Source: Eledone cirrhosa | Taxonomy: Eukaryota | Direction of reading: 5' to 3' | Assembly (NCBI GenBank): GCA_964016885.1 | Contig: OZ024742.1 | Location: 84,506,001-84,570,000, forward strand | DNA: 64,000 nucleotides | Part shown: piece by piece, positions 35,520 to 49,960 of the stretch | Numbering within the stretch: position 1 is the stretch's first letter | Layout: the number at the start of each line of letters is the position of its first letter | Translations under genes and position numbers: made by a program | The notes under the pieces: generated by a model | What the model was told of the DNA's origin: nothing | Seen by the model: only the letters and a program-made list of their open reading frames with translations | Databases searched by the model: none

Positions 35520-35790
35520 GAAGGTGAATAACTTAATGTTGAGAACGTTAGGGTTACAATCATGAAGTTGTGAGTTCGATTCCAGGACCAGATGATGTGT
35601 TTTGGCCTTGAGCAAAAAACTTTATTTCATATTGGTCCAGTTCACTATACTGCGAACTAACTGATTCTAAGCTGTATCGGCATTTGCCTTTGCCTTGGGC
35701 ATCATCCGTTACGTTTCGATGAGTGACTATTATGCCTGGGTGACTTGTGGCCTTTGGTGCAAAGCCCATAGTCATTCGTGACTGAATGTG
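35520..35790 (+). mobile_element. Second tRNA-derived SINE family, degenerate
   Basis: gagttcgattcc B box followed by a gccttgagcaa...acttt core. Confidence 0.6.
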
Positions 35791-35918
35791 TCTTTTAATG
35801 ATACTCTTTAGTCGCGTATGTCAATACGGAAAGTTCTATTCAAATTGTTTGTATGGAATCGAATCCTGTCCAGGAATCGAATACACGACCTCAAGATTGT
35901 TAATCCACGCGCCTTGTG

Positions 35919-36063
<145 letters not shown>

Positions 36064-36114
36064 TAATAAAAACAATGAATAAAAACAAAGAAACAGTCCC
36101 TTATATTAAAAAAT

Positions 36115-36250
36115 TCATCATTTTACGATCGTTTCTAGGATATATATGTGTGTGTGTATGTATATCATATAGATCTATGTACAATTTTTACAAACTATCA
36201 GAGGGAATATACATACCTACACATATATATGCTGTCTTCAGAAATAATGA
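36115..36250 (-). ncRNA. Type-I hammerhead ribozyme with ~99-nt stem II
   Basis: Minus strand: tcattattt-CTGAAGA-[long TA/TG-rich hairpin]-GAAA-cgatcg-TA-aaatgatga; 9-bp stem I. Confidence 0.8.
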
Positions 36251-36999
36251 TATTTGTTTATTGAAAAAAAACAACAAGGATTTAATATAAAAGGTCTGTT
36301 TGGGAACAGGTTTTGAATTGACCAATAGAAAAGTAGTAAGTGGTCAAGTTGATAGAACAGTAGTAGTAGGCATTTAATTGAAGGGTAGAGGAATGCAGAC
36401 TTCAGTTTTGAATAGAAAGAATACTTTGAATGAAAAGATTACTTTGGGGATGAAAAAAGGTCAACTCGGTGATAGGTACATGAAAATTTGATGTTATTAA
36501 AGAATAATTCTAATATTAAAATCGAAGGAGAATAAAAGTTTAGGGTAAATGTATTAGTGAGAAATACCAATCTTATTTAAAACACAAGAATTAAATTAAT
36601 TTAATTGATAGGTATACTTATGGGGATAAATTTATATTAATTCATATAGATGTGATAAAGAAGAGTTAGATTTTTTTAAAGAATGTTGTTAAAAACGAAG
36701 GAAAAAAAATTGGGGGGATAAATGTATTAGTGAGAAATGACAAACTTATATAGACTACAAGGAATTTAGATTCATAACAGGAAATTAAAATAGTTTATAT
36801 GTATACTTATAGGTATTAATTTTAGGAAAAGAGAGATGTAAAAGGGAAATTAAATTATGAAGTTCTCAGTAGTAAAACACTAATTATAGGTTAACTAATT
36901 TAAAAATTAAAAAAACTAATAATTTGTAAACCATAAGTGTAAGGTGTATATTAATTAGGTTTATAATATATATATATATACATATTTATACACACACAA

Positions 37000-37032
<33 letters not shown>

Positions 37033-37079
37033 CTATCAGACCTCCCGCCCTTTCCTGCTGGCTTTACTGAGCTGAAATA

Positions 37080-38320
37080 TATTTATAAGGCACCTATTGC
37101 AATCTGCCGTAATGTCCATTTTCCTTAGAATAATAGGTATTAAAAGGCATTTAAATAGTGCAATGTTAAGGATTCATTTAGAATATCTTAATACAGAGAG
37201 TAATATCGAAAGTCATAGAAAAATATATTGTACGACAATCAGACAACATTTGCAGAACTTCAGTATACATAATATTTTTAGCGTCGATAATTTATTAGTC
37301 TGTCTACCCCAAGGGATCATTTGTGAGATATTTTATTGTTGGCATTCATTTTGATGATTTTAGAGGCAATCATTACAGTTTCCCACAGCCACTCCTAATT
37401 GGAATGGTGGATTTGTAAATTGGGGACCACTTAATTAATTAAGCTCACAATATTTTCCATAGCAGTACAACATAATGAAAGATCAAAACATCCTTCAGTA
37501 CAGTAACAAGGGATTGATTTGAGGGATTTAGGTGATGGCATTCACTGATGTTTTTTGGGGTGTGGGTGGGGTTGGGGGTGGGGGGTGTTGGTGGGGGCAG
37601 GGATTGCTCATTCGCAGAGTCATTCCTCATTGGAATGGTGGATTTGTAAATTGGGGAACACTTTATTTATTAAGCTTGTAGCACTTTCCACAACAGTACA
37701 AAATAATTGTTTCTACTTTAGGCACAAGGCCAGCAATTACCCAGTGCATTACTGGTACTTTATTTTATCGACCCCGTAAGGATGAAAGGCAAAGTCAACC
37801 TCGGCGGGATTTGAACTCAGATCGTAAAGGGACGTAACTATGCTAGAAAGCATGGCGTCCGACCCTCTACCGATACTGCCAATCCACCAGTACAAAATAA
37901 TGACGGATCAAAACATCCTCTGCATCAAAGGATTTCTTTTCTATAAATTGAAACAGCTGAGAGTTGCTCATCTGTAACTCCCAGTGTTCCCATCCCTTCC
38001 TGCCTTTGTTATTCGAACCGAAATCTCCCAAGCAGTGAACATCCGTGGGTTCTCTCTCACATCTCCCATTTCGGAAAAAGAAGGCAATTGCAAACTTATC
38101 AGAGGTCAAATTAGTTGAAAACACAGGAAAAAGAAACCTAGGTAAACAAATTTCTTTACGATTCGCGGGTGGTTTTTGATAGATTCAAACGACTTAGAAG
38201 TGCTTATTTGTAACACAGATGGTCCGCCTCACTCCCTGCCTCGTTGCTCGGAAAAAGAAGTCGTTGGCGAGTGAGTGATTGTCTGTCTGTCCGTTTCTGA
38301 TAGAGGAAAGCGTATTGTAG
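37080..38320 (-). mobile_element. Old Helitron Pif1 helicase remnants, with a local duplication and a SINE insertion
   Basis: Minus-strand translations FCTVVESATSLINKVFPNL, WLWETVMIASK and LGDF resemble Helitron helicase motifs. Confidence 0.55.
37708..37887 (-). mobile_element. tRNA-derived SINE with 14-bp TSD
   Basis: TSD cagtacaaaataat at 37694-37707 and 37888-37901; A and B boxes; gcctttcatcct..gggtcgataaaat core. Confidence 0.92.
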
Positions 38321-39509
38321 TAGCATTTCCATTCCATGAGTTGTTATAGCATACGTTAGGATGAGCTCAAGAGAAGATTGAAATATCTCAAATAAGTGTA
38401 AAATATAAGGAAAATACAAATTTAGAAACCTCTAATAAAAAATATAAAATGTGAATAAACCGAATAAATAAATACTAGAATAAGAATGGGAATATTTGAA
38501 ACGTCTAGATAATTAACTTTAATTGCTTTCAATGGCGTTTAGGCATTTTCCGTTGCATTCAAAATAAAATTAGTCGTTCTTTTCTAGTCACTAATAGACA
38601 ATTTCATTAAGTGACAGAAATAAAATGTATTGTGTTCCAGTAAAATGTTCACATTTATGAAGTCACAACGCTAAGAAAAGAAAACTAAATTCACTTGCCT
38701 TGCAATCAACGTAAAATGAAAAACAGGAAAAAAAAAAAGATACAAATCAGAAGAAAGAGCAACTAACAAATAGATAGAAAAACAAATAAATCAAACATTT
38801 CTTTCGGGAATTGATTAGGAAATTGCATTGCTGCAGAGTATCTACAAGTGGAATGTAATCATTAGACTAGAAGTCTCACTAATAAAATAAAGAAGTGAAA
38901 CGTATCGATCAGAATCGATTGAAAAGTTGAATTTCTCTAGCCATATAACAACGCTAATAAATTAAATTTATTGATAATGCATCAATGACTTTGTATTACT
39001 TACAGCTATAACTTTAATATCTCACTTGTTTGATTTAGTAAATTAAACAGAAATATGAAACATGACTCTCTGCAGTATAGACCATTTACCAATGTCCATA
39101 CTAGGTAAAATTAAACGATATAGAAGTGCATTTCACGCCAATTTCGGTCTATTTCTAAAGAACAGAACATAAAGCCAATTGGATTGAAATTAATTTCGAC
39201 GAGGAAAATTCATTAATAGTCTGGAATATTAAATTATGATGTTAACGGCAGAAGTAATAAATGGTAAGTATTAAACAGAGTTTAGTATTAAACACAACTT
39301 CATTAGCTTTAGATTCTTCGATCATATCACACCCACATTTGTGTTTTGGTCTTGGGCATTAGTAAACATTTTCGATACATAAACAACTCTCAGAATTACC
39401 AGAAACATTATACGGAAGTCTGGAATGGAAAGGGTTTTATTTCGTGGAAAATGCTTTTCACGCTTTTCTTGCACATAATTACGTCAAGAATGATATTATT
39501 AATTTGGTG

Positions 39510-39608
39510 GTTAACGTTGCCTTTCATCCCTATGGGATCGATAAAATAAAGCACCAGTAATGCACTAGGATAATTGCTGGCCTTGTGCCAAAAGTAGAAA
39601 CAATTATT
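39510..39608 (+). mobile_element. 5'-truncated SINE of the same family
   Basis: gcctttcatcc..gataaaataaagcaccag..tgctggccttgtgccaaaagtagaaacaatt. Confidence 0.85.
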
Positions 39609-39971
39609 AAATTGGAACAGTTATTTTATATAGAATGCATTTCCATTTCGACATAAGGCTTTATTCTAATCCATTCAAACAGCTACAGGTGAATTTGTCA
39701 TATCTTTAGAATATATTTTCCGAGTGTTCTAAACACAAGAAATCATTTCGAGGTTTGGTTATATAATGAGAAATGTTTGAAATATATTGATTTATTTTAG
39801 TTTTCAAATGTTTATAGTATTGTTTTTATAATTTAGATTGCATACGTAGATATTCCGTCTTGTCATGTCAGACGTATTAATTTTCTATAACACAAAATAT
39901 ATTCATTTCATACACCATAAAGTGTTGACTTCAAAGTAAATGTAAACAAAATGATTTTTCTTCTTTTGTAT

Positions 39972-40146
<175 letters not shown>

Positions 40147-41262
40147 TGTGTGTGTGTGTGATATATATATATCAGCAATATATTCAGCGAGAAACTAGCT
40201 GAGATGAAATGAAAATAGAAAAGAATGAGGTTAAATATATCAGAGAGAACCCACGGTGAGAATATGAATATTACATAAATAAACTTATATTTCAAAGCTG
40301 AAATAGAAATGCGTTACGTCAAAATCTTCATATTCTCTCGAGAATTAAAATGACATCAACAGAATACCAATAAATGAAAACTTAGAAACGTAAATGTTAC
40401 ATATAAATATTACAAATAAAAAAAAAAAACACATACAACTGCTTAGGGAGTATCAACAACTATAAGAATATTGGATAAATTTCACATATATGGAAACTCA
40501 TTAATATATATATACAAATTCCCAGATTTATAAGACGAAAATTGTAATTGGACTCATACATTTCTACATATAGAGTTAACCTACGCTGTACAGTCTGAAT
40601 AGTAACTAAAGAATTTTACAACATGCAGATTATATTTTCCTATTATAAAGGTAAGTATGGTTCTATGGTTAAGTGTTGAGCGACATATTGGTAAATTATC
40701 TTCCCCTCTGTTTTTAGTCGGCAATGCTGCCTCAGGTTTGAAAACCACTGTTCACCAGTTGTCTTGGATTCGAAAATCTCCCAACTTCTCTTTGGTAGAC
40801 ACATAGCATAGACGTTATCGAGGAACACGCGTCAGCCAGAAAACACCTCCACGAGCTCAATTTCCTCCTCCCCAGAGCACTTGGCATATTTGAGGTCTTT
40901 AAATGACCTGATGTGTACCAGTAAAGCACTGTGATAATTGGCAATTATTTTATGACGCAGTTTCATAACTACAAGCTTATTATCTCATTGAGTGAGTGTG
41001 GCCGGAAATCGCTGAAATAAATTCGGTGATTGTCGGGTATTACCACAACAGAGGTACGACCAGCTTTTGATTCCAGAGCCGAGCCAGATACAGATCGAAC
41101 CTTGAGATGATCAATAGTGAAACGCGCGTCACTGCTCAATAAACGTAATGAAGACATAACAAATCATCCTTTTATTATACACACACGCACACACACACAC
41201 ACATACACACACACACATATATAAATATATATATATATATATGTATTATATATATATGTATA

Positions 41263-41335
<73 letters not shown>

Positions 41336-43007
41336 TATATATATATGTATATGTATTATATATATATGTATATATATGTATGTATATATATATATATATA
41401 TATATATGAAAATATATGTAAGTAAGTATGTACATATACTATGCTAGATACATCGAAGATCCATTTAAAAGTGCTTTCATTCAATATCGATCGTTGCCCA
41501 GTATGGTCACTGCTTACTGACAGAGAGCATTAAAGTAATAACCTAAAGCGTTAACTTTACTGATCTCATAACCCTATTGCCTTGTCCTTAGTCAGCACAC
41601 ATTGAAGGCATGGCAACACGTTTTCTGAACATTATCAGCGAAATATTCACTTATGTTATTTCTTTTATTTTAGAGTTTCGACCAAGTAACTATAGATAAA
41701 ATATAAGTGTTGCATGGATCTGGTTTACATTTCTCCTGATTTGTGTCCAAACGTCAGTTTCAATTCCTTCTTTGTGACATTTACATTAGCTTAGGTTTTA
41801 GAAAAGCCAGGAACCTCACATATACTCATTATATAAGACACCGGCGCCCACACTCAAACAACAATCTCACACACACATTGTCAGAAGAACGCACGAATAC
41901 CCGCACTTACACACAGAGTAAGTGTGTGGTGTGTGCGTGCGTGTGCGTGCAATATATATATATAAATACACATACACACACACACACACAATCACTCACA
42001 CACACATATACATATATATATTATATATACATACATAATTCCAGATGTCTTATGTGGAAAATAAACAGTAACTTGAGCCGTGGTATATTATCATAGTTGG
42101 AATGATTCCAGTTCTTTTTATGTGGAGCTAACTTAGTTCAGTTTGCAATCAGCTCTAATGCGATAAATTAAATTCCTAGACTTCTACTTGCGTGGATTTC
42201 ATATTCGTTTAGCCTTGTTTTCTTTAACATGTTTCAACCAAAAGACTGCAACAATACTTGGGCTACCCCTTGACTTAGTCAAACAAAAGACATTTTTTCA
42301 AGGATTGTACATATTTTATCATTCATTTTTTATTGAACTGGGATATAAAACTAGACGTAGTAACATGAAAATATACACAAACACACACACACATAAAGAC
42401 ACACACAGACACACGCACACACACATACACACACATACACAGACACAAAAACACATGCTCCCACAGTATATACATACACACATGCATACACACCCATCAT
42501 CAGTAATTTTTAAAATCCACATATGTAGAGGCATAAGAAACAGCAATCTTTCTCGGCAGATAGGCTTCGAATAGAAATACGTCATAAACATTTCCGAATA
42601 GTTATTAGCATCTTTAATACACGCTTTATGTTCAAATTAACGTACATTACTATCCATTCACAAGTATGTTAATATTATGTTTTCAAAATCTAAACTAATA
42701 TATTTACAACTTGAAGAAACCCATGCTAATGATTTTGATAATTGTTCCAAAAAATGTGTTTAGGAAATATATCACAAAAACAGGTATAATTTTGAAAAAA
42801 AAGCAGGGTACTATTGTTTGCATAAATGAATAATAATATATATACCATATATTGGAAATAATTTGCTGATAGATGATTCAGTCAAAGTGAAAGTAGTGAC
42901 TTTAAAACCATGATTATATGTATCTGTGCGTGTATTTATACCTGTGTTTCGTTGTGTGTGTGCTATGTCTTTATGGATAAACCAATACACTGCAACAGTG
43001 TAATAAT

Positions 43008-43358
43008 TGTTTCTACTTTTTGGCACAAGGCCAGCAATTTTCAGTGCATTACTGGTACTATATTTTATCGACCACGTAAGGATGAAAGGCAAAGTTAACC
43101 TCGGCGCGATTCGAACTCAGAATGGCAAGGGCCGTATATCTGTGCGTCAAAGCATAGCGTCCGACCCTCTACCGATACTGCCAATCCACCGCCAATAAAA
43201 TTGTATGAAGGAAATAATTGTTTCTACTTTTGGCACAAGGCCAGCAATTACACAGTGTATTACTGGTACTTTATTTTATCGACCCTGTAAGGATGAAAGG
43301 CAAAGTTAACCTCGGCGGGATTTGAAGTCAGAATGGCAAGGGCCGTAACTCTAACGAT
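43008..43358 (-). mobile_element. Head-to-tail SINE dimer
   Basis: Copies at 43008-43193 and 43217-43352; agtgtaataat is repeated at 42997 and 43359. Confidence 0.88.
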
Positions 43359-43634
43359 AGTGTAATAATATAATCGAAACAAACGACAATGACCACAAGT
43401 AACGGAACACATCTTTTAAGAACCAACAATCTAACACGCTAACTCGATCTGTGAACTTGAACCAACTTTGTCTATAACACACGAATGGTGGAACTAGTAC
43501 CAACTTGCCCACTTACTCAGGCCACTACTATTTATATGTAGTGGTCTATCCCACTCTCGCCACGGGGGCGTCGTACTCTCGCACAACGGTGTGTTTGTCT
43601 GTTTGCATGTCACACTGCACACACAAACACACAT

Positions 43635-43714
<80 letters not shown>

Positions 43715-43772
43715 CGTTTCTGAATTTGTTTAGCAAAATTCTTTATCTAAAATCGTGTGTTGAAACCGATAT

Positions 43773-44160
43773 TGTTATACTTTGGGAGGGTACGTAAATA
43801 AATAAATATATAAATAAATAAACAAATAGATAAATGAACACAAACACACACAGACACCCGGATGTGGCGCATGCGCAAACTGAGCACACAACACACAGAA
43901 ACAAAATGGCGTAGGATAGAAGAAAGGAAAGGCACAGAAACAAAGAAAGGAATCCCCAGTCACTGAAGAGGTCACAGAGTGTGTGACGAAAGGACTATGA
44001 CTATATATAAACAACTATCTGGTTGTGGAACCAACCAACCAACCAGAAATTTATAAGTTTGTAGATTTGTAAATTTATAAATTTATAAATATATAATAAA
44101 TTGAAGTGAAAGCAACTGGTGCGTGTGTTTCTTATTGGCAACATGACCCTCCCAAAGTAT

Positions 44161-44164
<4 letters not shown>
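43773..44164 (+). mobile_element. Solo LTR (or TG..CA MITE), 392 bp
   Basis: TGttatactttgggagggt ... accctcccaaagtataaCA 19-bp terminal IR, ATAT 4-bp TSD, internal TATA and AATAAA. Confidence 0.75.
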
Positions 44165-44205
<41 letters not shown>

Positions 44206-44392
44206 AATCATGATAGAACATGTTTACAACTCGTTAGGCCATTACTTAACAGAGTATTCAATACATTTTCGTAGTAAAGTATGGCTATATTATAAAGCGT
44301 CGTGAGCCGACGGCTGAGCTCTTGTCGTTTCAATATCTAGTGTGGAACTAATTCTTGACAAGGCAAGCGCTCAGCCGTTGGGTCCCAACTCT

Positions 44393-44458
<66 letters not shown>

Positions 44459-44461
<3 letters not shown>

Positions 44462-44939
44462 TTGTATTCCTGTCTGTTTGTTTGTTCACGAACTCCTCCT
44501 ATGGTTTTGTAGATAGAGCCCCATAACCATATATATTATGAAACTACATTGCTCAGGGTACTTGGATAAGTATATATCATTTTAATCAAAGGGTTCTCCG
44601 GGTTTAATCAAACCCCCTCTGGATGAAGATTTATATGAAATTTAAACCATAAGTAAATGACAAGATATGATGCCTATTCACAAAAGCTTCGAATTGACAT
44701 TTAAAAAAAATATATTTACAAGAAACAGAATAAGAATAAGATTTAATAATGTAATTTTGATTTGATATAATACAAAAAAATTATGTTTTCAAATTTTGCA
44801 TGCAATACATTTTACATTGAGTAATATTGATAAGCACAGTTTTTCTCCATAAATTATATCACTGATTTAAAATCAATCCTCATTTTCTTACAAAAAAAAA
44901 AAAGTGTGAAACGCAGCAAGGCGCGGGTAATTCGGCTAG
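44459..44939 (+). mobile_element. Non-autonomous Helitron
   Basis: 3' end acgcagcaaggcgcgggtaattcggCTAG|t; tgtctgtttgtttg near the 5' end; start hidden in (TA)n. Confidence 0.7.
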
Positions 44940-47900
44940 TACAGTACATACATACCTACTCGTATATATATATATATATAACGTTGTATACGTAAGTGTG
45001 CGCGTTTAATGTTACATGTGCAAGTTTGTCTCTGCGTTTGCGTGAGTGTGTGTGAATGTGTGCATCTGCTTATGCGGGTTTTTTGTGCGTATGAGCACCT
45101 GTGTGCGTTAAATTATGTTTTTAAAATGATTTAAACCAAATATAAAAATAATGATAAAATTAGATAAATAAATTGATTGTTTCAGAAACAATTGTATTAA
45201 GACTTTAAACAAAAACATTTTCAAATCACTTTCTGTCACTCCTTTCACTATCAAATGCATAAAACATAAAATAAATTAAGAAGATAGAAAAATGAAGGAC
45301 AAATTAACCAAATGAACAATTATAAGGAAAAGTATGTCGAAGATGAAACTCTGAAATTAAGTAAAAAAATTAGAAGAAACATTAAAGTTCTAATAAATAC
45401 CCCATTTTAATACTTAAATATCAGGAAAAGCTTTACAATGATAAAATAATGACGCAATTAGTTTATTGAATATAGATGATAGTGGAGGGATAGTAAAATA
45501 ATTGAGACGGTATGAAATAAAGTCCATTACATAAAGCTGGTTAAGTATAATACGTTTTACACTGTATACATTACATTGTTCTCATATTATTTAACCTGAT
45601 TAGAATGTATGGTGATAGAGCTGCTTGTAATCGTACATATTACTTAAATCTGTTTAAGTATTATTTGGTTACAAGATTTGTTCGGAAAGAATCTGTACAA
45701 ATGATAAAGCTCTGTTACATTATTGCTATTATTAAAGAGATTATGAGTTAACATTTTACTAGGCTATTGATGACATGCATCAGATTAGCAAGAAAAACGA
45801 ATGGGATGTTTATATGTTCATTATGATAGGTGAGAATTACTAAATGATTTAAGGGTATATCCATGGATGGGAAACGTTGGATATGCCATCAATGTTGTGG
45901 CTTGGAGTGACGGGTGCTTTGCTTCGTCCTAGTAACCCTAGTGAAGTTTGCTGAACATAGCAGGAATGCATCTTCTCTCCTAGCCGTTTATGCGACCGGC
46001 ATTCCACGCTAACAATAGTTAGGTCCAATAAAATGAGCAATCTAATGAATTCGGAAAACATAATTAAGTATGGTATGACATGAAACTCTTATGTACAAAC
46101 ATTTACTATGTCGTTATTGTAACTTTCTATTTTCCTGTGAGTTTTAACTGAATATAAAAATATTAATTTGATTCAATTATTAAATTCTAAGGAAGTTTTA
46201 CAAACAAATAAGAAGTTCTACATTGCTTTTGTCTCGTGAAATATGATGGATATAAGGCATCAAATGTTATAATCCAATACACATATATATTTCATAGGTT
46301 TGCGTCCTATTTATCAAATGGATATATCTCTATATTTACGTGAAATCTCGGCAAATACTTCGGCAACTTTCGTAAATAAAATTGAAACTCAAGCTTTCAA
46401 TACATATGCTTAGAGTATGAAACTTTTACACTGTAATAATACGCATCCTCTAATGCGTGTGTCAGTTGACTTACTACCTCAGCTTTTTCAGATCAATACA
46501 TTTTGACCAAGTTTTTTTATGTTTTGGCAATTATTCGTTTTCATAGCCATATCTTTATTCAGGTTTCTCCTTTATATGTTTAAATATCTTTTATGCATTA
46601 TATTGCGAACCATTTTTTCTCATTTTTATATCAAAAAGCTAAAAACGTTTATATCTATTTGGGCTATCAATCTCTCTCACGACCTCACCCATCTTTCATT
46701 CTTATATTACATAGTAATAGAATTTCAGTTTCTCTTTCTGTGAATTCTCATTAATCTGTTATTGTTTCACCTTGCTTCCATTTCCATCGACACAATTTTG
46801 TATTGTTTTAACATCCCCACATTCTTTTGAGGATTAATGGTGAAGCATTTTATGTTTCTAAAATAACTAACCAACTATAACATGTTGATAAACTTGTTTA
46901 TCCACTCATTTTGAGTCTGCTTACACACTTCTAACTCTTGTCTTCCCTGGCATATTTTCCCTTTTTTATCATTTTCACCTCTACTCTCTCTCTCTCTCCC
47001 TCTCTGTCTCTCTTACTCTGTATTTGTACATTTTTGGAAGAATCTTGGAAATTTTCAATCATCAAACAGAAAAAAAAGAACGCTTATAATTCTGATAACC
47101 CTGTATTGGGAATAAACTGCACATTGCAGAAGGTACGGATAGAAAGCTTCAGGTCATTTGATAACCTGACGTTTGCTACCTTTCGTGGAGTTAATTACGA
47201 AGTAGAAATTCAAACGAGACACTATAAAAATGGCTCAATCTTTTGAGACGACAATATTACTACATCCTGAATTGTTACTAGTTAAAAGTAATGATGGCCT
47301 TCCAGCAGCGGTCCGTTGATATACGATGGAGAGCTACACTCAGAAATAATGCATCTAGAGCCGCGTTATCGGATGGTTATATGTCGTGTCTCTTTCTCTC
47401 TTAGTTCATCTTCGCCACCGTCATTCGGGAGAGTATTTCAAAAGTCCAGGTCAAGGCCCTTCAAGCTACTAATGGTTACCTGAAACATACATTTTATAGA
47501 GTGGCAAGACAACCATGGAACCACTTGATCTGTCAAATTCACCAAGAAAAATACATATTAGAACCCGTCGTCCTAATATTCCCCTAAAAATGAGATAATC
47601 TGTTGAGAGAATGCACTCAATGTATGGTCTGTTGGAATAAATTTGATTTTTGTCCAAATAAATAATCCCGCTACACAAAGGGTTTGTGATAACTCGAGGT
47701 ACGTGATTTACCATTCTTTCCCCACAACAACAAAATCAACTATATATTATCATTAATTAATATACGTTGATTTCAGTCAAAACCATACCGTAAACAGCAT
47801 ACATTATTCCTTGCTGATAAGCATTTATCTAATTATCGATGTATGCTGCCATGTTTCAAATCCCTCAGAATATTGATGTTTCTACGTGTAGACAATCCGT

Positions 47901-48597
47901 CTTTTTAAAACCAACATTCTTCACCGACTTAAAGATTTGGCATGGAAAAAAGTCCTCCTCCTAGCACGTGGGCTACAACCAAGAACAAAAGAATGTAGCA
48001 GAGAAAGTAAAGGTGTCAAAAGTTAAGAAGTGGGAAGACTGTCAGATAAATATGCAATTCAACTTCAAATCAGCAAATATGGTTTTATGGTGGACCATCC
48101 ACCGACGCTGTAATAAAAAATTCTCCTCAACGCCTGTTACCGGGAACGTGTATAGGGTTCTCTACTCTAAGTGGTCCGGTCTCACGAGGTGGAAAAAATA
48201 ATTTATTGATACCCCAAACCCTGTCACAATAGCATGTTTTGAAGAGCACAAGGTGCAACTCAGGGCAATGACTAAATTGTCGGAGACTTAGATCACTAGA
48301 ATAATTAACGTGCTCAAATATGACAAGTCCAGTGAGAATGATGAAATTCAGCCCTTGATGTTGGAAGCCTCAAATAGAGAAGGTATTCTCTGGTTGACTC
48401 ATGTGTGATTTAAAGTATAATTATGCGTGTGTGTACTTGAGCGTGTATTCATTTATACGTATCTCGGTGTGAACTGTTCTGAGGAATTCGTGGATTTGTA
48501 ATATTATGTGAAATTGGCTGTTAAGCTTATTGTCATATGTTAAAATATCCTCAAATTTCTCTCGCAATCTTTCTCTCCCTTCCTCTCTAGTTTTCAC

Positions 48598-48642
<45 letters not shown>

Positions 48643-49529
48643 ATTTCTATCTCTCTCTCTATATATATATGCATATATATATATATACGTGTGTGTGTGT
48701 GTGTGTATGTGTGTGTGCGTGTATGTATCTGTGTGTTTGTTTGTATATGGTTTTGTATACGAATGTATTGCTATTCTCTATCTATGGGATGACATGCAGA
48801 ACTCTGATAGTAGAAGATGTGTACACAGTTATATACGTGCTGGGATCAAGATTAAATTGTAACATGCAATGAAACGGAAGCGCTACTTTTGAATACATAT
48901 CGAGGAGAATAGTTTCAGAATCAATATATAAATCATTATTAATATGTTTTTGAAATTACTCTGGCCACTTCAATATGACTTTAATAGAAATCATTTTAGG
49001 TAGAATCTCAAAGTATAGCTAAAGAATTAAAATAGGATTACATGGGATTGCTAATGCTCCAATAAGTATGCAATAAGTTTCAGGTAAGCCGTAATAATCC
49101 GCGTAGCTATAAATAATGAAGCATGCTTAAAAATAATCTTTTCCTTCGTGCTTGTCTGAATTTCATGAATAAAATGGGTTAAACTCCTATGAACACCAAT
49201 CCGATTTCTGCTGCCAGTAATGTATCATGAACTCCTCAATTGTGGAATTCAATGCCTCTTATCTGAAATGAGCGTTTCTCTTTAGCTGTAATAGAATGTT
49301 GTAATATTTGATGTGGAATAATTAAGATATTACGGTTTCAATTTATCTACATATCCAAGATAAATAAATGCACATTATCTATTGCTTTACATATGTCATA
49401 AGACTGCAGGGGAAGCAAGACCTGCTCATCAATCCCATAATCCTGCAGGACCTTCCACAACAGGTATTCAAAACAAGAACTTACCTCTTGGCAATACATC
49501 CCTGATTCATCCAAGACATGGTGCAGATG

Positions 49530-49960
49530 TGTTTATACGGTCATACGGTCAATTGTGGTGCGTCCAGGGCGAAAGTTACACTGGTCATCAGCTAGCCTGA
49601 ACTCGATAATCTCCCTGCATATCTTTGTCAAACACTTTGCATATACGTTACTGGGGAGGCTTAACAAGGAGATCTCTCTGTAATTGGAACACTCTCTCTT
49701 GTCTACCTCAGCTCTTTGAAAATTGGGACGGTCACCCTCGATTGCCATTGCTTAGGTGCATTTCCAAAGATCCAGGCCACCCGGGACAAACTAGTCAGCG
49801 ACATAATACCTTCTCTGTTTAAGGCATTTAACATCTCGGGCCAAATTTCATATTCCACAGCGGTCTTGCCACATTCGAGATTTCAACTGCTTTTTGACCT
49901 CAGCTTGCATCGTTCCAAGATACACTTTGTCTGCATCAGATGTTGTGATCCGGTTTAGGA
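49530..49960 (-). mobile_element. RTE-clade LINE RT fragment
   Basis: DKRECSNYREISLLSLPSNVYAKCL..DDQCNFRPGRTTID. Confidence 0.85.

Noticed and set aside
35865-35915. tRNA-like sequences (also the SINE heads)
   Set aside because: No complete cloverleaf; these are SINE-derived A/B boxes.
44285-44385. Imperfect inverted repeat in a unit between (TA)n tracts
   Set aside because: May belong to the fold-back class, but no hammerhead core was found and the arms are short.
45849-46061. 70-aa minus-strand ORF with a hydrophobic N-terminus (secreted-peptide-like)
   Set aside because: No motif or splice support; compatible with chance.
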